NCBI GenBank assembly: GCA_965229505.1
Contig: OZ245881.1
Coordinates: 4,050,675 to 4,114,674 of the forward strand
DNA: 64,000 nucleotides
Origin: Cyclobacteriaceae bacterium
Lineage (GTDB): Bacteria > Bacteroidota > Bacteroidia > Cytophagales > Cyclobacteriaceae
Reading direction: 5' to 3'
The position numbers were made by a program, and so were the translations under genes. Under the pieces are notes generated by a model. The model was not told the DNA's origin and made no database searches. It saw nothing but the letters and a program-made list of their open reading frames with translations. Shown here piece by piece: positions 53,724 to 63,313 of this stretch. Position 1 is the stretch's first letter, and each line of letters starts with the position of its first letter.

Positions 53724-54398
53724 ATATTGCTCACAAGTCGGAAGGAGCATTCGAAACTTAAAATTTTTCTATTTCTTATTTGGGGGTACTTCTATTCTTC
53801 CTTGACTATATACCAAAGAGCGCATGAATTATGGTTCGTTGGTTTATTTTGATGCTTACAGTTGTTGCTACTAGTTTTTTCGGATTCAAGTATTACGAAA
53901 GAGCAAAGGCAGAATTTGTGAGGAGAAAAAAATTAAGTAGCAAAACCAGTTACCCTTCGTAATCGCTTGCGTCATTAGTAAGATTTCGAACATTTCAATG
54001 ACATTCATTGTGAAGAATAAATTATCAAACGGACTGACCAGGCTGCTTACTCAGAAGCAGGTTCAGCATTTCAACAAAATCGGCGATTTTAACTTCTCTG
54101 ACCTTGATAGAGATAATTACTTTCGCCAATTTGAACATGCTCAGGTAGCAGAGATCGCCGAATACGGACTTCCCAGAGTTCGCCGATAGATCACAGTCGC
54201 ATTTCTACATAGCTAAGGCCAACTTTTAGCTAAACCCCAATCTCTTTGAAGAGGAAAGTTTGTAGTGGCATGACATGAGGCGAGAGTAGATTATGACGCC
54301 TTTATCAGGTCACAGCATAATAACTCCACCTTGTACACATCAGTCTATCCTTAATCATTCGGTTGCGTTCCAATTCGTGAATCAAAAACGCAAACTGA

Positions 54399-55535
54399 AT
54401 GAAAAAGCAATTATCACTACTTTTTATGGTCCTGGCCGGACTGACTTTTCAACTAGCCGCCCAGACCCTTAGCACTCCTCCTAACGGAAATAACCAAAAG
54501 GCCAGCGTCACCCAATACATCGGCAGTTTAGTTACTGTTACCGTTGACTACAGTAGCCCGGATGTGACAGCTCCCAACGGGACAGATCGTAAGGGACAAA
54601 TTTGGGGTCAATTAGTCCCCTACGGATTCACAGATTTAGGATTTGGCAATAGAAATCCATCGCCCTGGAGAGCAGGAGCAAATGAAAATACGACCATTAC
54701 CTTTTCACACGATGTTGAAGTCGAGGGGAAGCCGATTAGTGCAGGCACCTATGGACTTCATATTGCAGTAGAAGAGTCGGGACCATGGACAGTTGTTTTT
54801 TCAAACAGGAATGATGCATGGGGTAGCTTCTTTTATGAAGAGAGTATGGACGCACTGAGAGTGCAGGCCACTCCACAAGATACAGAATACACCGAATGGC
54901 TTACCTATGAGTTTATAGATCGCCAACCAACTGAGGCTACTCTGGCATTGAAGTGGGAAGAGAAGATGCTTCCTTTCAAAATAAGTGTACCGAACATCAA
55001 TGACCTGTATGTCAGGACATTCGAGGAAGAGCTAACCGGAGCTGCTGGCTTTGTTTGGCAAAATTGGCAGGCAGCTGCAAATTGGAGTATACAAAATGAC
55101 TATGCACTAGAAAAGGCCCTAGTCTGGGCTGATCAGGCAATCAATGCACCTTTCTTTGGCAATGAGAACTTCGGTACACTATCTACCAAAGCCAATGTAT
55201 TGGACAAACTTGGCAGGGCAGATGAAGCCAAAGAAATAATGGATAGAGCGTTGAATCATCCCACAACCACCGTCTTCCAGATTCACCAATATGGTCGCCA
55301 GCTAATCGGTAGGGGCGATGCAGATGGAGCGCTGGAAGTGTTTAAGATGAATGCGAAGCGATTCCCTAAGACTTGGCCTATAAATGTTGGATTAGCGAGA
55401 GGTTATTCTGCAAAGGGAGATTACAAAACTGCATTAAAGCATGCGAAGCTGGCTTATGAAGCCGCTCCTGATCAGCTCAATAAGGATGCGCTCAAAACTG
55501 CGATCGAGAGCCTGGAAAAAGGTGAGGCCATGTAA
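54399..55535 (+). CDS. DUF2911-like domain protein with a C-terminal TPR-like region
   Basis: Signal peptide. RKGQIWGQLVPYG...WRAGANENTTITFSHDVEVEGKPISAGTYGLHI. Confidence 0.65.
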   Translation: MKKQLSLLFMVLAGLTFQLAAQTLSTPPNGNNQKASVTQYIGSLVTVTVDYSSPDVTAPNGTDRKGQIWGQLVPYGFTDLGFGNRNPSPWRAGANENTTITFSHDVEVEGKPISAGTYGLHIAVEESGPWTVVFSNRNDAWGSFFYEESMDALRVQATPQDTEYTEWLTYEFIDRQPTEATLALKWEEKMLPFKISVPNINDLYVRTFEEELTGAAGFVWQNWQAAANWSIQNDYALEKALVWADQAINAPFFGNENFGTLSTKANVLDKLGRADEAKEIMDRALNHPTTTVFQIHQYGRQLIGRGDADGALEVFKMNAKRFPKTWPINVGLARGYSAKGDYKTALKHAKLAYEAAPDQLNKDALKTAIESLEKGEAM

Positions 55536-55562
55536 AGGTTTTTATCCGTTCATTTGATGGGG

Positions 55563-55590
55563 CCTCAGCTGTATAGCTGGGGCTTTTTTC
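55563..55590 (+). terminator. Intrinsic terminator
   Basis: CCTCAGC / GCTGGGG stem (one G-U pair), loop TGTATA, then CTTTTTTCTTT. Confidence 0.65.
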
Positions 55591-55635
55591 TTTGTCTTTT
55601 CCTAGCTCATCTTTTTTTTATTACTTTTCCCTTCT

Positions 55636-56208
55636 GTGGATTATTTGAAGCAATACAAAAGCCTGTTTGATTCCAATATACTGCTCTTGTATAAGGGTAA
55701 GATTAACTTCAATATTGTCATGGCTATTATTGAGATACTCGAGACAGGGGTGGAAGAGATTGAGGAAGATAGAGCACTGAAAAGAAAGTTTTACGCTTCT
55801 GCCACAGAAAGCCTTCAAAACATGGTGAATCATATGAAACCAGTTGAAAGCTCCTCTTACGATTTCTTCGAATCTAACTCAGGGATGATCATGGTAGTGG
55901 TGCGCGGAAGGTACTACAAAATAGTCACCGGCAATTATATTAGTAACGAGCACAAGGATAGTCTTTCGAATAAAATTGACTTGATCAATCGCCTCGAACC
56001 TGGTCAGCTTAAAGCACTGTATAAGAGAATTCTGTCTGAGACCCACATGGACGATAGTGGCAATGCAGGGCTGGGTTTGGTGGATATGGCACGCAAAACC
56101 GGACAGAAGTTACGGTATAGCATGAGTGCAATTGATGAGCATTACAGCTACTTCAACTTTGAGATCAAAATACCCAAGGAGAACTCCACACGCAGGGCTT
56201 ATGCCTGA
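55636..56208 (+). CDS. GHKL/RsbW-like small kinase, SiaB/DUF6272-like (GTG start)
   Basis: ILLLYKGKINFNIVMAII..., QNMVNH, LKALYKRIL, GNAGLGLVDMARKTGQKLRYSM (G-x-G ATP-lid-like). Assignment is by recollection of the family pattern. Confidence 0.5.
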   Translation: MDYLKQYKSLFDSNILLLYKGKINFNIVMAIIEILETGVEEIEEDRALKRKFYASATESLQNMVNHMKPVESSSYDFFESNSGMIMVVVRGRYYKIVTGNYISNEHKDSLSNKIDLINRLEPGQLKALYKRILSETHMDDSGNAGLGLVDMARKTGQKLRYSMSAIDEHYSYFNFEIKIPKENSTRRAYA

Positions 56209-56362
56209 TATTTATGCCTGCTTGCTGGTTATGTAAGAGATAAGCTTACCTAACTTCATTTTGTACTAGGGGAATCACTTAAAATCCAAAGAACTATTTA
56301 GCTTTCTTGGAAAAATTCTATTTTGTTCCTTATCTTCAAGGTGTATTAAAGTACAACCAGCT

Positions 56363-56887
56363 ATGAAAGATCTTTTCACCGAAGAAGAGAGAGTACTGTC
56401 GGGCTATCGACGGAAAATCGAAAATGAGGATATCTACCTCGAGGATGCAGAATCCTTTGCAAGCAACTACAAAGACTTAATTGATCAAACTAGAGTTATC
56501 ACACGCATCAGTGATAGACTACAGAAAAAGCTTGATATGGCTAATCAGAAGATTAAGAGCCAGAATCATGAAATAGGTCAAAAAAATGAGCTGCTTGAGA
56601 ATACGATTATTGAACTTACCAGGGCGAAGGTGAGCAAGAAGGCCTCCACCATCTTATTGACATTGGCACTGATCCTGTTCATTTCGGAGCAGTACTTGCT
56701 TGAGCCGTTCATTGAGTCGTACGTTATCATCCCGTACCTTGGAATCGTGCTCAAAGGCCTCATCGCCTTCTCGCTCAAGTTTTTTGAGACCGGAATAGAA
56801 AATTACTTTATGAAGAAGGAGCAGGGACAAATTTTGAGGAACCGTGGAAAATCACTCAAGACTAAGCTCGCTTACTCTGGGTTCTAG
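56363..56887 (+). CDS. Hypothetical coiled-coil protein with C-terminal TM helices
   Basis: ITRISDRLQKKLDMANQKIKSQNHEIGQKNELLENTIIELTRAK coiled coil, then two hydrophobic helices. Confidence 0.5.
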   Translation: MKDLFTEEERVLSGYRRKIENEDIYLEDAESFASNYKDLIDQTRVITRISDRLQKKLDMANQKIKSQNHEIGQKNELLENTIIELTRAKVSKKASTILLTLALILFISEQYLLEPFIESYVIIPYLGIVLKGLIAFSLKFFETGIENYFMKKEQGQILRNRGKSLKTKLAYSGF

Positions 56888-56927
56888 AACCTAAAATAAT
56901 ATATCTAAGAAGATGATTAATGGTAAA

Positions 56928-56956
56928 GCAGACGTTCCCGGAACGTCTGCTTTTTT
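56928..56956. terminator. Strong hairpin terminator between convergent genes
   Basis: GCAGACGTTC (56928-56937) CCG GAACGTCTGC (56941-56950) TTTTTT. Confidence 0.7.
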
Positions 56957-57854
56957 ATGTAAAGACGTTATCGATGAATTTGCCAATGCCATTGATCGCC
57001 CTTTTTGATTCTGGTAAGAGGTAAGTGAAGAAATGCCAAACGTGCATGGCGCCTTTCCATTCTTCATAGACCACCTGACTTCCCAGTTGTTTCAATTGTT
57101 CTGAAAGCACCCGGCTATCATTCAGCAACATATCTTTGGTGCCTACCTGAATCAATGTTTTTGGAAATCCGGAGAGCTGTGCATTGATTGGTGAGATATA
57201 GGGCTGATCAAGAGGGTGCGTATGGGCATACATCTTAGCGCTTGATGTCAACATATCTTCACTTAGTATGACATCCTTTTTTCCAACAGACACAATAGTG
57301 GGGCTTTGACCAGTCAGGTCTACCCATGGAGCAATTAGTACAGCTGCTCTTGGCAGGGCTAGCTTGTCTTCGAGTAGTTTGGCGATTAGCGCTACCGCCA
57401 ATCCACCGCCAGCCGAGTCTCCGGCAATGATCACCTTCTCAGAATTATGTTTTTTGATCAACCATAAATACGCATTGAGAGCATCGTCCAGTGCTGCGGG
57501 GAATGGGTGCTCTGGAGCCAATCTGTAGTCTATGGCTATAGCTTCTGCTTTGCCAGCCATGCTCAGAGCGCTGACCAGATGTCGGTGGGATTGAAGACTG
57601 CCAGCAACATAAGCACCTCCGTGCAAGTACATGATGACTCTATCTCTGGGTTGCTCAAAGCTCATCCATTCGACAGGAACGCCGTTGGCAGATAGTCGTT
57701 CTATTTTAAGCCCTTGAGGTAGCTTAAACCGCTTGGCAACATCATTGATAAGCTTTCGTCTGAGTTTGACTGGCTCGCTTGACTTTGATTGCTTGTGCTT
57801 GAGTATTCTCAGGTAGAGGCTTAGTAGGGTATGCTGAAGGCTAGCCATAGTCAT
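56955..57854 (-). CDS. Alpha/beta hydrolase (hormone-sensitive-lipase-type esterase)
   Basis: YLHGGAY oxyanion motif, GDSAGG nucleophile elbow. I prefer the ATG at 57854, which overlaps the uppP stop (ATGA), over the ORF-track start at 57941. Confidence 0.8.
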   Translation of the reverse strand: MTMASLQHTLLSLYLRILKHKQSKSSEPVKLRRKLINDVAKRFKLPQGLKIERLSANGVPVEWMSFEQPRDRVIMYLHGGAYVAGSLQSHRHLVSALSMAGKAEAIAIDYRLAPEHPFPAALDDALNAYLWLIKKHNSEKVIIAGDSAGGGLAVALIAKLLEDKLALPRAAVLIAPWVDLTGQSPTIVSVGKKDVILSEDMLTSSAKMYAHTHPLDQPYISPINAQLSGFPKTLIQVGTKDMLLNDSRVLSEQLKQLGSQVVYEEWKGAMHVWHFFTYLLPESKRAINGIGKFIDNVFT

Positions 57855-58639
57855 GCAAAGATAATGGCGATAATGCCGGCTAAGGCGCAGTATGCCGCGA
57901 AATAGATCAGCTTGCCTTTTCGCACTATCGCCAGCATCCACTTGCAGGCGATATAGCCCGAGATGAAGGCCGATAAAAAGCCGATTGCTAATACTGAGCC
58001 CTCAATTGAACCAGCACCTGCCGGGAGCTCCAGGTAATCTTTCAACTGCAACAAACTCGCACCTATGATTGGTATGAGTACCATGAGAAATGAAAATTGC
58101 GTCACTTTGGTTTTGTCGAACCCTAGTAGCAAACCAGTGGCGATGGTGGCACCTGACCTGGATATTCCCGGTAGGATAGCAATGGCCTGAGCAAGCCCCA
58201 TGATGAATGCTCCTACATAGCCTACTTCACCGTCGTGAGACTTTTTGAAGCTGGAGAAGAGGAGGAGCAATGCCGTAACGATCAACATGGAACCCACCAG
58301 CAGAAGGTTTCCTGTAAAGAATGATTCGATCGTATCCTTGAAGAGAAGTCCCACGACCATCACAGGGAGCAGGGAGATGAATATTTTGATGGTGTAGAGC
58401 CAGCTCTCATTCCATCGGAACTGTAGTACCCCCTTGAAGATGCCGAGTATCTCATTTCGAAAAACGACAATGGTACTGAGGGCCGTGGCGCCATGCACCA
58501 CTACCGCAAAGAGTAGATTGTCAGAGTCTTGCACACCGAGCAGGACATTGCCTATCTCCAGATGACCACTACTGCTCACCGGTAGGAACTCCGTAAGGCC
58601 TTGTACGATACCCAGAATGAGTGCTTCTAGCCAAGTCAT
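57851..58639 (-). CDS. uppP: Undecaprenyl-diphosphate phosphatase
   Basis: GIVQGLTEFLPVSSSGHL, PGISRSGATI motifs. 262 aa, polytopic. Confidence 0.92.
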   Translation of the reverse strand: MTWLEALILGIVQGLTEFLPVSSSGHLEIGNVLLGVQDSDNLLFAVVVHGATALSTIVVFRNEILGIFKGVLQFRWNESWLYTIKIFISLLPVMVVGLLFKDTIESFFTGNLLLVGSMLIVTALLLLFSSFKKSHDGEVGYVGAFIMGLAQAIAILPGISRSGATIATGLLLGFDKTKVTQFSFLMVLIPIIGASLLQLKDYLELPAGAGSIEGSVLAIGFLSAFISGYIACKWMLAIVRKGKLIYFAAYCALAGIIAIIFA

Positions 58640-58707
58640 GTGATTCGATTTTGGCGAAAATAGTTAATCAGAAATGGCTTGAAGATAGGTTCTGTGAATT
58701 ATTCATC

Positions 58708-59034
58708 TCAGGCGCACTTCACACATTTTTGAGCGTGTGGCATGAGCATTATTCTGCCTATCGGAATAGGCTGCTTGCACCTTATACAAACTCCAAAATC
58801 GGGCTGATCAATTTTATCCAAAGCAATAATCAGCTTTTTCTTTCTTTCTTCTGATTGCCTGAGAGATGCATCATTAATTGACTTGTTGTTGATAGCGTCC
58901 ATGCGGCTAATTCTTCCAATAGCGTTCTCTGGAGATATCGGTTTTGTCAATTCCCTGAGTGCGGAGATATCTGCCTCCAACTTTAGTAGCTCTTGCTCGA
59001 TGAGCGCTTTTATTTCTATTCGGTTTATACTCAT
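58708..59034 (-). CDS. TraR/DksA family C4-type zinc finger protein
   Basis: Coiled-coil N-terminus and CIRCKQPIPIGRIMLMPHAQKCVKC. Confidence 0.8.
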   Translation of the reverse strand: MSINRIEIKALIEQELLKLEADISALRELTKPISPENAIGRISRMDAINNKSINDASLRQSEERKKKLIIALDKIDQPDFGVCIRCKQPIPIGRIMLMPHAQKCVKCA

Positions 59035-59318
59035 GGTTCAAAGAATTAACACCAATTTTCGATACTTATGTATAATCTAATGTGTTTAGCTCATTCTTGC
59101 AATTATTGACATGAGTAGTAATGAATCAAACATTTATCATAAAAATTCATAAAGAATTTATTGATTTGTAATAAATATCGTATTTTCGAGCGTTGGATCA
59201 TTCCGATGATTCTCAACAGTCCATTAACCCAAGAGCCACTTCCTTTTAAGGCCGATCTGTCTTAAGAAAGTCCATAGAATGATATTGAATTTTTGATAAT
59301 CCTAATTACTGAATTACC

Positions 59319-60983
59319 GTGTGCGGAATAGTTGGAGTGTTTGAATTGAAGGTTGAGTCTCAGAAGTTGAGAACGCAGGTGTTGGAGATGTCTAAGAAGA
59401 TTAGACACAGAGGTCCGGACTGGTCTGGCATCTATTGTGGTAAGAAGGCTATATTGGCCCATGAGCGACTAGCTATCGTGGATATGCAGTCGGGAAAGCA
59501 GCCGCTCTATAGTGAGGACGGCAATCTTGTACTGGCTGTCAATGGAGAGATCTACAACCATCAAAAGATAAGAAAAGAACTGGGAGGGAAGTATAGTTTT
59601 CGGACCAACTCTGACTGTGAAGTGATTTTGGCGCTGTATCAGGAGAAGGGCGAAGACTTCATCGAGGACCTTAATGGCATTTTTGCTTTTGCCTTGTACG
59701 ATATTGAGAAAGATAAGTATATCATCGGCCGAGATCAGATAGGGGTAATTCCATTGTACAAAGGTTGGGATGCATATGGCAATTTTTACATTGGATCAGA
59801 GCTCAAGTCCCTGGAGGGTGTTTGCAATAGGATTGAAGAGTTTTTGCCGGGTCATATTCTTAACAGCGCCGATGGCGTAATGCGCAAATGGTACCAGCGT
59901 GACTGGATGAGCTATGAAAGCGTTAAGGATAACCAAACCAACCTGGCAGACCTTCGCAAAGCACTGGAGGATGCAGTACATCGGCAACTCATGTCTGATG
60001 TACCTTATGGAGTACTTCTGAGCGGTGGTTTAGACAGCTCAGTTATTTCAGCTATCGCCAAAAGGTATGCAGCGAAGAGAATTGAATCAGATGACACTAC
60101 AGATGCCTGGTGGCCACAGTTACACTCCTTCGCCGTTGGCCTGGAAGGATCTCCCGATTTAGCGGCTGCACAAAAAGTAGCTGATCACATAGGTACAGTG
60201 CATCATGAGGTACATTTTACAGTTCAGGAGGGCATGGATGCCATCCGGGATGTCGTCTACCATCTTGAGACCTATGATGTTACGACCATACGCGCTTCAA
60301 CTCCGATGTACCTGCTATCGAGATATATTAAGTCAATGGGAGTGAAGATGGTGCTTTCCGGTGAAGGTGCTGATGAGATTTTCGGCGGTTATCTGTACTT
60401 CCACAAGGCACCCAATGCTCAGGCTTTCCATGAAGAGACCGTGAGGAAGATTAGTAAGCTTCACATGTATGATTGCTTACGCGCCAATAAGTCCTTGGCA
60501 GCATGGGGAGTGGAAGGACGTGTGCCTTTCCTGGATAAGGAATTTATGGATGTAGCCATGCGCCTCAATCCAGCAGATAAAATGACCGGTCCGGGCAAGA
60601 TGGAGAAGTGGGTAGTGCGCAAGGCTTTTGAGGACTACCTACCGGAAAGTGTAGCGTGGCGCCAAAAAGAGCAGTTTAGTGATGGTGTGGGCTACAGCTG
60701 GATTGATTCGCTCAAAGACTTTACTTCGGCGACCATTTCTGATGAGCAGCTGGCCAATGCGAGTTACCGCTTCCCAATTAACCCGCCACAGTCCAAGGAG
60801 GAGTACTATTACAGAACCATATTTGCGGAGCATTTCCCATCTGATTCTGCGGCTTCATGCGTACCCTCTGTACCTTCGGTAGCTTGTAGCACGCCTGAGG
60901 CATTGGCTTGGGATGAGTCTTTCAAGAACATGAACGACCCATCAGGCAGGGCGGTGAAGTTAGTACACGAGCAGAGCTATTAG
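59319..60983 (+). CDS. asnB: Asparagine synthase B (glutamine-hydrolysing), GTG start
   Basis: (M)CGIVGVF Ntn-amidotransferase N-terminus. SGGLDSS PP-loop. 554 aa. Confidence 0.92.
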   Translation: MCGIVGVFELKVESQKLRTQVLEMSKKIRHRGPDWSGIYCGKKAILAHERLAIVDMQSGKQPLYSEDGNLVLAVNGEIYNHQKIRKELGGKYSFRTNSDCEVILALYQEKGEDFIEDLNGIFAFALYDIEKDKYIIGRDQIGVIPLYKGWDAYGNFYIGSELKSLEGVCNRIEEFLPGHILNSADGVMRKWYQRDWMSYESVKDNQTNLADLRKALEDAVHRQLMSDVPYGVLLSGGLDSSVISAIAKRYAAKRIESDDTTDAWWPQLHSFAVGLEGSPDLAAAQKVADHIGTVHHEVHFTVQEGMDAIRDVVYHLETYDVTTIRASTPMYLLSRYIKSMGVKMVLSGEGADEIFGGYLYFHKAPNAQAFHEETVRKISKLHMYDCLRANKSLAAWGVEGRVPFLDKEFMDVAMRLNPADKMTGPGKMEKWVVRKAFEDYLPESVAWRQKEQFSDGVGYSWIDSLKDFTSATISDEQLANASYRFPINPPQSKEEYYYRTIFAEHFPSDSAASCVPSVPSVACSTPEALAWDESFKNMNDPSGRAVKLVHEQSY

Positions 60984-60988
60984 TCGCA

Positions 60989-61651
60989 TCATTCTTTCTG
61001 CATAGCCTTTTTATCCAGCCAGTGAGCGATACCCCCAAAGGCCAGGTAAGTCACGACTGCCACTATGGCTAGTGTAGTTTTGTCTGAAGCTGCTGGAGGT
61101 CCATAGACCTGAGATCCATGCAGCGCCAATAGGAAAACAGCATAGCCGATCATGCCGTATTTCCCAACTTTGTTCGTAGGCTTAACAGCCTGTATGTAGA
61201 TGTAAAGCCCTCCAAACAGGAATAGCGCCTCCAGACCAAATGCAAGTTCGCGATAGTTCCAAATACCAAAGCCGAGCTTGGGTGAACTGTCAGACCAAAT
61301 AGGCAAATCAGGTGTATGCACTACAAGATCGACAAACCAATGTGAAGCAATAGCCAGGGCCATGGCAATTCCCGATTTGTGCCCCATCTTTAGAAGATTA
61401 GCAAATACGAAATAGCCCAAAAGAGCCCAAAATGCTGTCGCCAGGAGGCTATGTGTATAAGGCATATACTCCAGATCCAGATGATTAGTCGCCGTAAAGC
61501 CTTCGACGATGTTCATTCGCTCTATACCCATCACCACGAATGGGAAGAAGAGGATGTCCACGAATTGAGCGCCAATGAAGAGCCAACCAAGTGAGATATT
61601 CTTGTCATACTTCTTTAGGGCGAGTGAAGAAACGTAATGTCCGACGTACAT
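60989..61651 (-). CDS. Membrane-bound metal-dependent hydrolase-like protein (YdjM/DUF457-like)
   Basis: Polytopic 220 aa with His-rich motifs (GHYV, THSL, ASHWFVDLVVH). Confidence 0.45.
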   Translation of the reverse strand: MYVGHYVSSLALKKYDKNISLGWLFIGAQFVDILFFPFVVMGIERMNIVEGFTATNHLDLEYMPYTHSLLATAFWALLGYFVFANLLKMGHKSGIAMALAIASHWFVDLVVHTPDLPIWSDSSPKLGFGIWNYRELAFGLEALFLFGGLYIYIQAVKPTNKVGKYGMIGYAVFLLALHGSQVYGPPAASDKTTLAIVAVVTYLAFGGIAHWLDKKAMQKE

Positions 61652-61816
61652 AATTTAAATGGTTAGAATGCAGTAATTAGTTAAAGGCAATTCGCATTTG
61701 ATAGTGAATAAGGAGCACTTGGTATCAAGTACAAGGTATTAAGAAATTGTCAGGGCGTTACTGAGCTTCGATACCACTGTCCTAATACTTAATACCAAAT
61801 ACTCTGTACTCCATAC

Positions 61817-63313
61817 TTAGTATTTCGCTGGTCCTTTAGCCTTTGATTTTTCGATAAACTCTCGAATATCTTCATTGGCTTGCTGCAAGTCCTCGCGACG
61901 TAGATACATCATATGCCCACTGCGGTAGCCTTTGAAACTAAAGCGGTCTTTCATTTTTCCGCTAGGGTCGATTCTCCACATGGTATACTTCGCATCGAAG
62001 TACTTGGTAGCACCATCGTAGTATCCTGACTGCACCATGGTATGGAGATAAGGGTTCATCGCCATTGCTTGTCGTAAGTCATTCCCGGTCGTATTATCCT
62101 CAGAGTCCCAGGGATGAACCGGACCGAATAGATTGTACTTTACATCGGTCGGGAAGTTGAGCACATTGCGGTAATAGTAGTTGATCGCGGGAGCAAAGCT
62201 GTGCAGCCAACTCGTGAGTTCTGAATTGAAGTCTGGTCGACTACCGGCATCAGTTTCGTCAATACCCTTATACCTCGAGTCAAGGCGCCCAATTGTGAAG
62301 CCCTCTTCTCTCAGGAGTTCTTTCCAGTAGTAGTTGGTCGGAACATCAAGGTTGTGTTGCAGGAAGACCTTTTCAGAGATGCCTGAGTACATCGCCATCT
62401 TTTTGGCGGTAGCTTGTCGATCGCTTTCCTCAATAAATCCTCCTTTAGCTAGCTGTGGAAGCAGGTCGTTGAGTGAATAGTCTTCAGCTTCGTCAAGGAC
62501 TTCCAGCAAGTCCTTTTGCTGAAGTGAAGCGGGAAGCTTCTTATGATACCAAGCGGCTGCTGTAAAGTAAGGTAGTCGAAGTGCTGTTCCCAAAGGACCG
62601 TCTCTTCTACCAGCGCCCATGGCATCTATGCCCAGCTCGGTAGGAGAGACCAGAATCACACCGTTGATATACATCCACTGTCGGTTTTGCAGAGCTAGCG
62701 CCAACCCTGACACACGCGTGGTACCGTAGCTCTCACCAATCAGGTACTTGGGGGATTCCCAGCGGTTAATTCGCCCGACAAATGTGTTGATCCATTCCGC
62801 CAGGTAGGCAATATCTGCATTGACACCAAAAAACATTTCACGCTTAGCATCTGGATCCACCATTCTCGAGTAGCCGGTGTTTACCGGGTTTACAAACACG
62901 ATATCTGCTACATCCAGGATAGAGTGAGGATTGTCCTTGACCCCATAGGGTTGAACCGGAAAACCCTCGTCATCTACATTGAGAATCATCGGACCGGTAT
63001 AGGCGAGATGCATCCATACCGAACCCGAACCGGGTCCGCCATTAAAGCTGATAAATAATGGTCGTTCAGCCTTGTTTCTGATGTCTGTTCGCTCATAGTA
63101 AGTATAGTTGAGATAGGCTGCAATCGTGCCTTCATCATCCCATACGGGTTGCGTCCCCGTGGTGGCTTTGTAAGGTATCGACTGTCCCTTGATGCTCACC
63201 TGATGGGTGGTGACTACCATGGTGTCAGGCGGCAGTGTGCGGCCTTGACTATTGGACTGATGGTACCCCAATGTAAAGAGTACGGCTAATAAGTAGAGTT
63301 GAAGATTTTTCAT
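61817..63313 (-). CDS. Peptidase S10 (serine carboxypeptidase) family, secreted
   Basis: FNGGPGSGS, GESYGTTR nucleophile motif, signal peptide. Confidence 0.8.
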   Translation of the reverse strand: MKNLQLYLLAVLFTLGYHQSNSQGRTLPPDTMVVTTHQVSIKGQSIPYKATTGTQPVWDDEGTIAAYLNYTYYERTDIRNKAERPLFISFNGGPGSGSVWMHLAYTGPMILNVDDEGFPVQPYGVKDNPHSILDVADIVFVNPVNTGYSRMVDPDAKREMFFGVNADIAYLAEWINTFVGRINRWESPKYLIGESYGTTRVSGLALALQNRQWMYINGVILVSPTELGIDAMGAGRRDGPLGTALRLPYFTAAAWYHKKLPASLQQKDLLEVLDEAEDYSLNDLLPQLAKGGFIEESDRQATAKKMAMYSGISEKVFLQHNLDVPTNYYWKELLREEGFTIGRLDSRYKGIDETDAGSRPDFNSELTSWLHSFAPAINYYYRNVLNFPTDVKYNLFGPVHPWDSEDNTTGNDLRQAMAMNPYLHTMVQSGYYDGATKYFDAKYTMWRIDPSGKMKDRFSFKGYRSGHMMYLRREDLQQANEDIREFIEKSKAKGPAKY

